DNA of 49,354 bases from a bacterium (GTDB lineage Bacteria; Chloroflexota; Limnocylindria; Limnocylindrales; Limnocylindraceae), in contig JBAXLC010000001.1 in NCBI GenBank assembly GCA_037135015.1, positions 1 through 49,354 of the forward strand. The letters are read 5' to 3'. Position numbers and translations under genes: made by a program. The notes beneath the pieces are model-generated. The model saw only the letters and a list, made by a program, of their open reading frames with translations. It searched no databases and was not told the origin of the DNA. Below are positions 25,886-38,156 of the stretch, piece by piece; positions within the stretch are counted from its first letter, which is position 1, and every line of letters begins with the position of its first letter.

Positions 25886-28579
25886 TTAGCGACCCGAACG
25901 CTTCTTCGGGGCTGGCTTCCCCTTTGCGACCGGCTTTGACTTCGGGGCTGGCTTCCCCTTTGCGACTGGCTTCCCCTTTGATGGAGTGCCGCCCTTGGCT
26001 GTTGGGCGAGGTGCCTTCACAACCTTCGGAACCTCTGGAGCCTCGTCGGCTTCGCCCTGATTGTCGCCTGTGTCGTTGCGCTTTGCCAGACCTGTACGGA
26101 AGGCGGCGATTCCGGCGACCTTGTCGCCCTCACGCAGGGTCATCACACGTACGCCCTGGGCGCTGCCGTCCTTGCGGGTGGCGATACTCTCAAGCTTGGT
26201 ACGCACGACCTGCCCCTCGGCGCTGATCAAGATCACCTCTTCGTCGGCCTCGCTGACCTGGCGCACAGCCACAACAGGGCCGGTCTTGCGCCCCTCGAGT
26301 GGGATCAGGCGGACGCCCTGGGTGCCGCGGTGCTTGCGGGCGAAGGCGCCCACAGGGACGCGCTTCCCGTGACCGGTCTCCGTAAGGACAAGGAGGTCGG
26401 CGCCGGGCTCCGCCACGGCCATGGCGACCACGAGGTCACCCTGGCGGGCGAGGCGAATGCCGATCACGCCACCAGCGGTGCGCCCCATGGCGCGTGCCTC
26501 GCGCTCGTGGAAGCGGCAGATGCGCCCCTGGCGGGTGGCCATGACCAGGTCATCTTCACCCGAGGTCTGAATCACCTGGGCAAGCTCATCACCCTTATCC
26601 AGAGTGATGGCGATGATGCCGGTGGAGCGCACCTTCTCGAACTGCTCGATCGCGGTCTTCTTAATGATCCCCTTCTTGGTGGAGAAGGCGAGGTAGCTGC
26701 CTGGCGTGAAGCCGTTCAGGATGATCGTGGCGACCGGGGTCTCGCCCGACTCCACCTGCACCCCTGGAAGATTGACGATCGGAATCCCCTTGTTCTGTCG
26801 CGTGGCGTCAGGGATCTCATGCACCTTCGCGCTAAAGCCACGCCCCTTGTTCGTGAAGAAGAGGGCGTAATCGTGGGTGTTTGCAACCTGCAGTGTGGCA
26901 ACCGCATCCTCTTCGCGCGTGGTCATGCCGATCACGCCCTTGCCGCCGCGATGCTGCTGACGGTAGGTGGTGAGCGGCTGGCGCTTGATGTAGCCGCGGC
27001 CGGAGATGGTGATCACCACATCTTCGTCGGCGATCAGGTCTTCGTCTGACATTTCGCGCGTTGCATCCTGGGCGATCTTGGTGCGCCGTCGATCGGCGAA
27101 CTTCTCCTTCAGCTTGGCGAACTCATCCGAGATGATCTTGGAGATGCGGGCTGGCCGGGAGAGAATGTCTTCGAGCTCGGCGATGTACTTGATCACTTCA
27201 AGGTATTCATCTTCAATCTTCTTGCGCTCGAGGGCAGCGAGGCGCGCCAGGCGCATGTCAAGGATCGCCTGCGCCTGCAGCTCGCTGAGCTTGAAGCGCT
27301 CCATGAGCTGCGTGCGTGCGACATCAACGTCGGCTGCGGCACGAATCGTCTTAATGACGGCGTCGAGATTGTCGAGGGCGATCTTGAGCCCTTCGAGGAT
27401 GTGGGCGCGCTCACGTGCCTTCTTGAGTTCGTATTCGGTGCGGCGTCGCACAATGATGCGGCGATGGTCGATGTGATGCTGCAGTACCGACTTCAGTGAG
27501 AGGGTCTGTGGCTGGCCGTCGACGAGGGCGAGCATGTTCATGCTGAATGCAGAGCGCAGTGGGGTGAGCTTCAACAGCTTGTTGAGCACCTTGTGTGGGT
27601 TCGCATCCTTCTTTACTTCGACATAGATGCGCATGCCGTCGCGGTCAGATTCGTCGCGCAGGTCGGCGATGCCGTCGAGGCGCTCCTCTTTGACGAGGTC
27701 GGCGATCTTCTCAACGAGTGACGCCTTGTTCACCTGGTACGGAAGCTCGGTGATGATGATCGCGGTGCGATCACCACGCGAGGCCTCTTCGAAGTGTGTT
27801 GCGCCGTCTACAACGACGCGGCCGCGTCCGTGTGCGTACATCTGTCGCACCGCATCAATGCGCTCCGTTGCGCCGGTGAGTGGGTTCTTAATGGTGTCGT
27901 AGCGGTAAAGGATGCCGCCGGTTGGAAAGTCTGGCGCATTGACGTACTTGCAAAGATCGTCAACGGAGAGCTCAGGGTCGGCGATCAGGGCGATGGCGGC
28001 GTCGGCGATCTCGCCAAGGTTGTGGGGCGGAATGTTCGTCGCCATGCCGACGGCGATACCAGAGGAGCCGTTGACGAGTAGGTTCGGCAGGCGCGAAGGG
28101 AGAACGCTCGGCTCCTTCTGCGTGCCGTCGTAGTTCGGCGTGAAGTCGACGGTTTCGTGATCGATGTCGGCAAGCATCTCTCCGGCGATCGAGGTGAGAC
28201 GCGCTTCGGTGTAGCGCATCGCTGCGGCGGAGTCGCCGTCGACCGAGCCAAAGTTGCCCTGGCCATCAACGAGCGGATGTCGCATCGAGAAGTCCTGTGC
28301 GAGTCGTACGAGTGCGTCGTAGAGGGCGCCGTCGCCGTGTGGGTGGTACTTACCCATCACCTCGCCGACGATGGCGGCACACTTACGATAGGCGGAGCCG
28401 CCAGAGAGGCCCATCTCGCCCATCGTGTACAAGATGCGGCGGTGTACTGGCTTCAGGCCGTCGCGAACGTCGGGGAGTGCGCGCGCCACGATCACGCTCA
28501 TCGCGTAATCGAGGTAGCTCGTTCGCATCTCGTCTTCGATGCGAATCGAACGGACGCTCACTCGTGCCTCGTCGTTCAT
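25886..28579 (-). CDS. gyrA: DNA gyrase subunit A, with a Lys/Pro-rich repeat tail
   Basis: [35 protein letters not shown] and the active-site AAMRYTE. The tail is [26 protein letters not shown]. Confidence 0.97.
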   Translation of the reverse strand: MNDEARVSVRSIRIEDEMRTSYLDYAMSVIVARALPDVRDGLKPVHRRILYTMGEMGLSGGSAYRKCAAIVGEVMGKYHPHGDGALYDALVRLAQDFSMRHPLVDGQGNFGSVDGDSAAAMRYTEARLTSIAGEMLADIDHETVDFTPNYDGTQKEPSVLPSRLPNLLVNGSSGIAVGMATNIPPHNLGEIADAAIALIADPELSVDDLCKYVNAPDFPTGGILYRYDTIKNPLTGATERIDAVRQMYAHGRGRVVVDGATHFEEASRGDRTAIIITELPYQVNKASLVEKIADLVKEERLDGIADLRDESDRDGMRIYVEVKKDANPHKVLNKLLKLTPLRSAFSMNMLALVDGQPQTLSLKSVLQHHIDHRRIIVRRRTEYELKKARERAHILEGLKIALDNLDAVIKTIRAAADVDVARTQLMERFKLSELQAQAILDMRLARLAALERKKIEDEYLEVIKYIAELEDILSRPARISKIISDEFAKLKEKFADRRRTKIAQDATREMSDEDLIADEDVVITISGRGYIKRQPLTTYRQQHRGGKGVIGMTTREEDAVATLQVANTHDYALFFTNKGRGFSAKVHEIPDATRQNKGIPIVNLPGVQVESGETPVATIILNGFTPGSYLAFSTKKGIIKKTAIEQFEKVRSTGIIAITLDKGDELAQVIQTSGEDDLVMATRQGRICRFHEREARAMGRTAGGVIGIRLARQGDLVVAMAVAEPGADLLVLTETGHGKRVPVGAFARKHRGTQGVRLIPLEGRKTGPVVAVRQVSEADEEVILISAEGQVVRTKLESIATRKDGSAQGVRVMTLREGDKVAGIAAFRTGLAKRNDTGDNQGEADEAPEVPKVVKAPRPTAKGGTPSKGKPVAKGKPAPKSKPVAKGKPAPKKRSGR

Positions 28580-28593
28580 GCTGCCATCGCCTC

Positions 28594-31439
<2,846 letters not shown>

Positions 31440-31454
31440 GCTCCCCCCTTATTA

Positions 31455-32276
31455 CTACCTGGCGCCTACGGGGGTTCCGTTGAACACCCGGGCATCAAAT
31501 TCCGCTGCAGCCTGCGCGTATGACTCAGCACCCGAGGTGCCTGGCGCGTAACTTCGAATGGCAATCCCGTGGCTTGGCGCTTCGGCCAAGCGTACCGAAC
31601 GCGGCACGCGGGCCTTATAGACCAGCTCACCAAAGTGGCTCTCGACTTCGCGCACCACGTCGCTGCCAAGTTTTGTGCGGGGATCAAGCATGGTCAAGAG
31701 GAGGCCATTCACCTCTAAGGCGGGGTTGAGGCGCTCGCGCACGAGGCGAATGGTGGCCATGAGCTGCGAGAGCCCCTCCAGGGCGTAGTACTCGCACTGC
31801 ACAGGAACAAGCACGGCATCAGCGATCGCGAGGGCACTCACGGTGACTAGGCCGAGTGACGGCGGGGTGTCCACGAGAATTACCTCGACATCCCCTGCGG
31901 TGCGGAGACCGATCGCAAGCTGGCGCTCGCCGCTCTCGTCCCCCGTGGCGAGCTCAACGTCGATCCCGGCAAGGTCGGCCGAGCCCGGAATGAGCGTGAG
32001 GTTCGGAATCGAGGTCGGCTGGGCGAGCTCCGTCGCTGGTCGGCGCCCCACGAGGAGGTCGTAGGCGGTGGGCGCACCCTCTGGGAGGGTGAATCCGAGG
32101 CCACTCGTGAGGTTTCGCTGGGGGTCAAGGTCGACCACGAGCACGCGACGCCCTGCGTGGGCGAGTTCGGCAGCGAGGTTAAGCACGGTGGTGGTCTTAC
32201 CAACACCACCCTTCTGGTTCGCACACACGATGATCGGCGCGTGGGATTCGGTAGGGTGCTGGGAGGTAGTATTCAC
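31455..32276 (-). CDS. parA: chromosome partitioning ATPase ParA (Soj)
   Basis: Deviant Walker A NQKGGVGKTT, VLVVDLDPQ, and ILVDTPPSLG. Sits upstream of parB. Confidence 0.95.
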   Translation of the reverse strand: MNTTSQHPTESHAPIIVCANQKGGVGKTTTVLNLAAELAHAGRRVLVVDLDPQRNLTSGLGFTLPEGAPTAYDLLVGRRPATELAQPTSIPNLTLIPGSADLAGIDVELATGDESGERQLAIGLRTAGDVEVILVDTPPSLGLVTVSALAIADAVLVPVQCEYYALEGLSQLMATIRLVRERLNPALEVNGLLLTMLDPRTKLGSDVVREVESHFGELVYKARVPRSVRLAEAPSHGIAIRSYAPGTSGAESYAQAAAEFDARVFNGTPVGAR

Positions 32277-32322
32277 GCTCCTATCGTAGCAGGAGGGGGC
32301 TACGGAGGGGTTTCAGCGACCA

Positions 32323-32338
32323 TGTTTCACGTGGAACA
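32323..32338. promoter_or_regulatory. parS centromere-like site
   Basis: TGTTTCACGTGGAACA is the reverse complement of TGTTCCACGTGAAACA, the widely conserved parS consensus. It lies 47 nt upstream of the parA start. Confidence 0.85.
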
Positions 32339-32392
32339 ACAGAGGCCCGACAAGGCGGTGCGCTAAGGCGGCTGCAGGGGTATCCTGAGGCA

Positions 32393-32872
32393 ATGACCAA
32401 ACGTCTCGGCTACGTGCTTGGAATCGTGCTCGCCGCCCTCATCCAGGCGCGGCTCCTACCCGAAGTCGGGCTGGAGCGCGCGGTCAATCTTCCAACCGTG
32501 CTGTTGATTGTTACAGCATCAGTTGATCGACGCACGCTGACACTCATCGCTGCAACAGCGGCTGGCCTGATGATCGACATCGCGCTCTTGCGACCACTCG
32601 GATTAACGAGCCTTGCGATGGTCGCCGGCGTGCTCGTAGCAAGCCAGATCCGTGGCGCTGGAGATGCCCAGCTGCTCCGTCGCGCCACCGCACTCCTCCT
32701 CGGATTGGCAGCGAGCAACGTGGCGATCCTTCTACTGAGCGGCGGCGGGAGTGGCCCCCTCGGAGAGAACGCCTTTGCGCTCGTTGCGAACCTCCTCCTT
32801 GGTGGTGCCCTAGCGTGGTTTGGGCAGCGACGGCGCAGGGGCTATCAGTTCGACCAATCACTCCGCGGGTAA
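32393..32872 (+). CDS. mreD: rod shape-determining protein MreD-like
   Basis: 159 aa with ~5 TM helices. GLMIDIALLRPLGLTSL resembles the MreD core. Lies immediately upstream of mrdA-rodA. Confidence 0.6.
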   Translation: MTKRLGYVLGIVLAALIQARLLPEVGLERAVNLPTVLLIVTASVDRRTLTLIAATAAGLMIDIALLRPLGLTSLAMVAGVLVASQIRGAGDAQLLRRATALLLGLAASNVAILLLSGGGSGPLGENAFALVANLLLGGALAWFGQRRRRGYQFDQSLRG

Positions 32873-32881
32873 CCCACAAAC

Positions 32882-34804
32882 ATGACTAACCCTCAGGTCT
32901 ACCCTGGCGGTGGTGGACCGAGCGATCGAGAGGCTCGTCGACGACGCCCCCTACGATTTTTTGCCGCCGCACTCATCGTCCTTTTGACCTTTGGTGGGCT
33001 CGGCGGCCGCTTGATCCTCATTCAATTTGGTGCGGCAGCGTCGTCAGGCACAACAACTGCAGTCGTGCGTGGCCACCGCATTGTCGAAGAGCTCATCACG
33101 CCAGCGCGCGGGTTGGTGTACGACCGTAGCGGCCGCGTGCTTGCAAAAAACATTGCGGTGTACGCCGTGCAGATTCGGCCCGGTGATCTCTCGCTCACCG
33201 TTCGCGCGAGCGTTGTACAAACGCTTGGAGCAATCTTGAAGATTGATCCTGTACGAATCATCACACTGCTCGATCGCAGTACTGGCTCACTCTGGGAGCC
33301 GATTCGCATCGCCAATAATGTCAGTGAGCGTGCCGCGCGACTGATCAATGAAGAGCGCGCCAGCCTCCCTGGCGTGGAAACGGTCGTTGAAGCTCGACGC
33401 GTCTATCCATACGGAACGCTTATCAGCCACATCGTTGGCTACGTTGGCCGCATTGACACAGTAGAGGCGAGCACACTTGCGCCAGCCGGCTACACCGTCG
33501 TTGATTTCATCGGACGCGCAGGCGTGGAGGCGAGTTATGAAGAGACCCTTCGCGGCGCACCAGGAATTCGCCAAGTAGAGGTCGACGCAAAGGGTCGCCT
33601 GGTGCGGATTCTTGGTGTGACAAAGCTTCCAATTGACGGATCATCACTGACGCTCACGATTGACATTGAAGCGCAACAGCGCGCAACGACCGCGTTGGAG
33701 TGGGGACTAAAGAGCGCTGGCACCAAAGAGGGTGTCGTCGCTTCGCTCAATCCACAGAACGGCGAGGTCATTGCGATGGCCTCGCTTCCAACGTACGACA
33801 ACAATGATTTTTCGGCAGGTATCAGCAATGCAAAGTATCAGAAGTATCTTGCGAATAAATACTCACCACTGCTGAACCATTCGGTCGGCTCGTACTTTCC
33901 TCCAGGCAGTACGTACAAACTCGTCACTTTCTCTTGCGCGCTCAACAACAATCTCATCACGCCAACATCGCGATTCCAATCTACGGCCTTTCTCGAAGTA
34001 GACGGTGAAAAGTTTTATGAGTGGAATCGTGCGGGATTTGGCGGCTCACTGACACCATCTGAAGCGTATTCGTGGAGCTCCAACGTCGTGACATTCCAAC
34101 TTGCGCGGCTTGTCAGGATTGATCGGCTCGCAGCATGTGGTCGACAGTGGGGCTTCGGCGCATCAACCGGCATCGATCTACCAAGTGAGATTTCTGGGTT
34201 GGTCCCTGACCAGGCATGGGCGCGCACTACCATCAACCGCGGGCTCTACAACGCGGAGGTCCTGCAATCGGCGCAGGGACAAGGGTACGACTTGGTGACG
34301 CCTATCCAAGTACTGAATTCGTTTGCTGCACTTGCAAACAGCGGCACACTTTGGAGGCCACACGTTGTTCTCAGCGTCACACACCCAGATGGAACGATCA
34401 CGCCAATCACGCCCGTGGTAAATGCTGAGGTTGGCATGAAAGAGTCTACCTATCGCGAGATGCGCCTCGCGGGACGAAAGATGGCGCTGAACCCTGGACC
34501 ATCACAGGGGATCTCACGAATGCCGCTCTTTGTTTCTGCCAAGAGTGGCACCGCGCAATTCGGCGTGCGCGACAACCTTGGGCGACTGCCGTTCCATAAC
34601 TGGATGGGTGGGTTTGTGGCGCCAACAAACGATTGGTCGAAAAGTGATTCCACATTCGCCTACGTTGTCTTCATGCACGGTACAAACACGGTGGGGAATG
34701 CGGCAAAAGAGGTGACGAAGTATTACCTGCAGCTACAGTTCGATTTGAAGCGCGACTATCGAACCCCGGCACTCTTGGCGCGCGGGAACCACTTCGGTGA
34801 ATAG
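32882..34804 (+). CDS. mrdA: penicillin-binding protein 2 (elongation transpeptidase)
   Basis: N-terminal TM helix and a PBP dimerisation region RGLVYDRSGRVLA. Transpeptidase motifs PPGSTYK, SWSSN and KSGTAQ. Confidence 0.9.
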   Translation: MTNPQVYPGGGGPSDREARRRRPLRFFAAALIVLLTFGGLGGRLILIQFGAAASSGTTTAVVRGHRIVEELITPARGLVYDRSGRVLAKNIAVYAVQIRPGDLSLTVRASVVQTLGAILKIDPVRIITLLDRSTGSLWEPIRIANNVSERAARLINEERASLPGVETVVEARRVYPYGTLISHIVGYVGRIDTVEASTLAPAGYTVVDFIGRAGVEASYEETLRGAPGIRQVEVDAKGRLVRILGVTKLPIDGSSLTLTIDIEAQQRATTALEWGLKSAGTKEGVVASLNPQNGEVIAMASLPTYDNNDFSAGISNAKYQKYLANKYSPLLNHSVGSYFPPGSTYKLVTFSCALNNNLITPTSRFQSTAFLEVDGEKFYEWNRAGFGGSLTPSEAYSWSSNVVTFQLARLVRIDRLAACGRQWGFGASTGIDLPSEISGLVPDQAWARTTINRGLYNAEVLQSAQGQGYDLVTPIQVLNSFAALANSGTLWRPHVVLSVTHPDGTITPITPVVNAEVGMKESTYREMRLAGRKMALNPGPSQGISRMPLFVSAKSGTAQFGVRDNLGRLPFHNWMGGFVAPTNDWSKSDSTFAYVVFMHGTNTVGNAAKEVTKYYLQLQFDLKRDYRTPALLARGNHFGE

Positions 34805-35924
34805 GCTCGATTCGCCGCTCGGCTCCGCCCTTCGTCGCGTGGACTGGATCGCTGCAGCCGCCGTTGGGCTCCTTGCGTTGACCGGACTCGGCATGGCCTG
34901 GCTGAATGCACGGAGCTATGGCCAAGAGCTACTAACACCAAGCTCACTGCTCGTGCGCTCGTTGACTTGGACACTCCTCTCCATCGCCGTCTATAGCGTG
35001 ACAACGTTGGTGAATTGGCGCTGGGTCCGCACGTTCGCCTGGCCGCTCTACGCTGCAAACATTCTGCTGCTGATCATCACGCTGGTGTACGGCGTCGACT
35101 CTGGCGGAAACAACCGAGCGATCGCGATCTTCGGCCTTGCCATTCAGGCAAGCGAGCTCAGCAAGATCCTGACGCTCGTGGCGATCTCTACCGCCCTCAC
35201 GCGTGCCGACCGAGCCGGCGGTGGACTGCAAGACCTCCTGTTGGCGGGCGCCATCGTTGCGCCACCCTTCCTTCTCGTTGTGGCACAGCCCGACCTCGGC
35301 ACGGCGCTCGTGTTGGCGGCGGCGCTCTTCGGCGCCCTCTACCTCTCCGGTGTTGCAACCCGCTGGATTGCTGCCCTGGCGAGCCTGGCTGCCCTTAGTG
35401 GAGCTCTAGCGTGGGTTGTCGTGCTCGCGGATTATCAGAAGGAGCGGCTCCTCGCCTTTATTGACCCAAACGCCGATCCAGCTGGGCCGAAGTACCAGCT
35501 CCTGCGTTCACTCGAGGCGATTAAAGGGGGCGGCCTGTTTGGTGCGGGCGCTGACGGCACCGCAATCCTGACCCCCCTTCCCGTTCAGGAGAGCGACTTC
35601 GTCTTTGCGGCTCTCGTCCGTGCGTTTGGCGCCGTTGGGGGCCTCTTTGTGATCGTTCTGCTTGCCATTCTGGTGGGGCGCCTGGTCTGGCACGCCTGGA
35701 CCTCCCCCGACGAGTTCGGGGTGATCTTTGCCGGAGGGATGGCCACCGTCGTCCTCTTCCAGACCTTCGTGAATATTGGAATGAACCTCGGGGTCGCCCC
35801 CATTACAGGGATCACCCTCCCCTTTGTGAGCTACGGCGGGGCCTCCGCCGTCTCCCTCGCCTTCGGCCTGGCCCTCGTGCAGAGCCACCGCGTACACGAT
35901 GGGGGCTCATCGCCACTCATGTAA
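34797..35924 (+). CDS. rodA: SEDS family peptidoglycan polymerase RodA
   Basis: FtsW/RodA/SpoVE pattern: QASELSKILTLVAI, QPDLGTALV, ESDFVFAAL, PITGITLPFVSYGGAS. Follows mrdA with an 8-nt overlap. Confidence 0.9.
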   Translation: MNRLDSPLGSALRRVDWIAAAAVGLLALTGLGMAWLNARSYGQELLTPSSLLVRSLTWTLLSIAVYSVTTLVNWRWVRTFAWPLYAANILLLIITLVYGVDSGGNNRAIAIFGLAIQASELSKILTLVAISTALTRADRAGGGLQDLLLAGAIVAPPFLLVVAQPDLGTALVLAAALFGALYLSGVATRWIAALASLAALSGALAWVVVLADYQKERLLAFIDPNADPAGPKYQLLRSLEAIKGGGLFGAGADGTAILTPLPVQESDFVFAALVRAFGAVGGLFVIVLLAILVGRLVWHAWTSPDEFGVIFAGGMATVVLFQTFVNIGMNLGVAPITGITLPFVSYGGASAVSLAFGLALVQSHRVHDGGSSPLM

Positions 35925-35937
35925 CAATAAGGCGCGG

Positions 35938-35966
35938 TTGACGCGGGAGAGCCCTGATCGTAGACT
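35938..35966 (+). promoter_or_regulatory. candidate rplU-rpmA promoter
   Basis: TTGACG 35938-35943, 17-nt spacer, TAGACT 35961-35966. About 90 nt of leader follow, with two hairpins. Confidence 0.45.
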
Positions 35967-36056
35967 TCCCCTCCCGCGACTGACCCGTCCGTCAGACCGC
36001 GACTCGCCCAACAGGCGCCGCCTGTACGGCGCACAGACAGTAAGGACAGGGGAACC

Positions 36057-36602
36057 ATGTACGCAGTCATCGAGACCGGTGGAAAGCAGTATCGAGTGGA
36101 GCTCGGCAGCGAGCTGCACGTTGAGTTGACCGGCGCTACCCCAGGGAGCGAGATCTCGTTCGACCGTGTTCTTCTTGTGCGCACCGACTCCACCACGGAG
36201 ATCGGCACCCCCGTTGTTGCTGGCGCGAAGGTCACCGCAACGGTGCTTGGCCAGGAGCGCGGACCAAAGACGATCAGCTTTAAGTACCGACCGAAGGCGC
36301 GTAGCCGCATCACCAAGGGGCACCGCCAGGAACTTCACCTTATTAAGGTCACCGAAGTTGCAGTGAACGGCACGAGCGCGAAGGCACTCTACGAAGCTGG
36401 TGCTGCAGATCGCGCCAAGGCACAGGCTGCCGCAGCCGCTGTCGCCGCCGATAAGGCGAAGGCCGATGCCGCAGTTGCTGCAACGTTGAAGGTTGGCGCG
36501 CCAGCCGAAGCGACGGCTGCGAAGAAGCCTGCCGCAAAGAAGCCAGCAACTACAAAACCAGCAGCGAAGAGCGCCGACACGTCGGTCGCTGACGCCGAGT
36601 AA
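36057..36602 (+). CDS. rplU: 50S ribosomal protein L21 with an ~80-aa Ala/Lys-rich C-terminal extension
   Basis: MYAVIETGGKQYRVELGSELHVE...FKYRPKARSRITKGHRQ is the canonical L21 core (~100 aa). The tail is AKAQAAAAAVAADKAKADAA...AAKKPAAKKPATTKPAAKS. Confidence 0.95.
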   Translation: MYAVIETGGKQYRVELGSELHVELTGATPGSEISFDRVLLVRTDSTTEIGTPVVAGAKVTATVLGQERGPKTISFKYRPKARSRITKGHRQELHLIKVTEVAVNGTSAKALYEAGAADRAKAQAAAAAVAADKAKADAAVAATLKVGAPAEATAAKKPAAKKPATTKPAAKSADTSVADAE

Positions 36603-36632
36603 CGCAGCGAACGCTGAGAGAAGGAGACCCCC

Positions 36633-36896
36633 ATGGCACACAAGAAGGCAGGCGGAAGTGTTCGCAACGGACGCGATAGCGCTGGTCAGCGCCTTGGCGT
36701 GAAGGTTGGCGACGGCCAGAAGATCAACGCTGGCGGCATCATCGTGCGACAGCACGGCACCACCTTCGCCGCAGGACGCGGCGTTGGCCTGGGCAGCGAC
36801 TACACCATCTATGCAACCGTCACCGGCAGGGTGAAGTTCGACCACGCGTCGCGCACGAAGAAGCGCGTCAACGTTGTCGCTTCGCCAGACGCCTAG
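36633..36896 (+). CDS. rpmA: 50S ribosomal protein L27
   Basis: [24 protein letters not shown]...IIVRQHGT is canonical L27. Confidence 0.96.
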   Translation: MAHKKAGGSVRNGRDSAGQRLGVKVGDGQKINAGGIIVRQHGTTFAAGRGVGLGSDYTIYATVTGRVKFDHASRTKKRVNVVASPDA

Positions 36897-36906
36897 AGAG
36901 TCGCTG

Positions 36907-37116
36907 ATGAAGCCAGAGATTCATCCCAAGTACAACACCATCGAAATTACGTGCCTCGCATGCAGCACGAAGTTCTCGATCGGCTCGACGCGAACCAGCG
37001 AGCTCAAGACGGAAGTCTGCTCAAACTGCCACCCGTTCTTTACTGGGAAGCAGCTGATTCTCGACACGGCCGGTCAGGTCGAGCGCTTCCAGAAGCGCCT
37101 CGGTCGCTCGCGCTGA
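36907..37116 (+). CDS. rpmE: 50S ribosomal protein L31 (Cys-containing type A)
   Basis: ATG 36907. MKPEIHPKYN...CLAC...CSNCHPFFTGKQ. The track start at 36874 is an extension. Confidence 0.93.
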   Translation: MKPEIHPKYNTIEITCLACSTKFSIGSTRTSELKTEVCSNCHPFFTGKQLILDTAGQVERFQKRLGRSR

Positions 37117-37121
37117 TCCCC

Positions 37122-38156
37122 ATGCGGCGCCGACTCGGCGTCGCTGCGCGAATCGCGCAGGATCGCTTCGCAGACGTTTCACGAGCACTGCACGCCGTAT
37201 CTCTGAGCGCGCGTCCAACAAGCGGCGCAGCGTATGGCGGCCAGGCGCTGATCGACGGCATTCTCATGCGTGGCCCATCACACATCGGCGTTGCGCTGCG
37301 CACCGTTGATGGCGGCATCGCCGTAGCCGCAGAACCCATTGCCACCGGCCCGATTCGCCGACGCCTTACCCGCATCCCAGTGCTGCGCGGCGCCGTTGTT
37401 CTGTGGGAGACACTCGCACTTGGCAGCCGATGGCTTCTGCGCAGCGCTGACGTATCGGCGGGTGATGAGGAGCGATCGACTGGCGGCACCGGCTCGATGA
37501 TCGCAACGCTCGCGGTCACGCTGCTCATTGCGGTTGCGATCTTTAATGTGCTTCCAGCGATTGCTGCGTCAGCCATCGTGCGCGCACTCGGCCTCACGCA
37601 GCTACTAGTTGAGCGAGCAGTCGACGGGCTTTTGCAGGTGGGAATCTTGCTCGGATACCTCGCAGTGGTGGGACGCAGCAGCGATGTGGATCGGACCTAT
37701 CGCTATCACGGTGCAGAGCATCGCGCGATTCACGCACTAGAGAACGGCGAGCCGCTCACTCGCACCGCGCTCTCGCGCTGGCCAACGGCGCATCCACGCT
37801 GTGGCACAGAGTTTCTTGTTGTCGTCATTCTTGTGAGCATCGTCAGCTTCTCGCTGGTCGGCCGACTTGATCCAATCCCAACGGTGATCAGTCGCATTGC
37901 GGGCATTCCACTGGTGGCAGGACTCGCGTATGAGATCTTGCGACTCTTGGGTCGCTATCGAACGAATCCGATCGCACGCACCTTGGCGGCGCCAGGGATT
38001 GCCGTACAGCGCATCACCACGCGGAAACCTGATGACGGCATGCACGACATTGCGATCGTTGCGCTGACAGCGGCGATCGAAGCAGAGGGTGGCGTGGTAC
38101 CGAGCGGTTCCGAGCGACCGACGTCGCGCGCGTTGCAGCCGCTGACGGTGCGCTGA
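37122..38156 (+). CDS. DUF1385 domain membrane protein
   Basis: [14 protein letters not shown]...[19 protein letters not shown]...[12 protein letters not shown] matches the DUF1385 pattern often found next to prfA/prmC. ATG 37122 lies after the rpmE stop; the track start at 36951 overlaps rpmE. Confidence 0.8.
   Translation: MRRRLGVAARIAQDRFADVSRALHAVSLSARPTSGAAYGGQALIDGILMRGPSHIGVALRTVDGGIAVAAEPIATGPIRRRLTRIPVLRGAVVLWETLALGSRWLLRSADVSAGDEERSTGGTGSMIATLAVTLLIAVAIFNVLPAIAASAIVRALGLTQLLVERAVDGLLQVGILLGYLAVVGRSSDVDRTYRYHGAEHRAIHALENGEPLTRTALSRWPTAHPRCGTEFLVVVILVSIVSFSLVGRLDPIPTVISRIAGIPLVAGLAYEILRLLGRYRTNPIARTLAAPGIAVQRITTRKPDDGMHDIAIVALTAAIEAEGGVVPSGSERPTSRALQPLTVR

Noticed and set aside
25904-25980. 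Tandem direct repeats that could be mistaken for a repeat array
   Set aside because: The 36-nt period lies in frame within gyrA and encodes KGKPxxK repeats. There are no spacers or CRISPR-like architecture.
32277-32392. Alternative origin at the parA/mreD strand switch
   Set aside because: The spacer is only 116 bp, has no DnaA-box cluster or AT-rich tract, and contains just the parS site. The dnaA-dnaN spacer is the better oriC candidate.
35907-36845. 312-aa minus-strand ORF antisense to rplU-rpmA
   Set aside because: It lies opposite canonical L21 and L27 genes and their promoter region, and is low-complexity.
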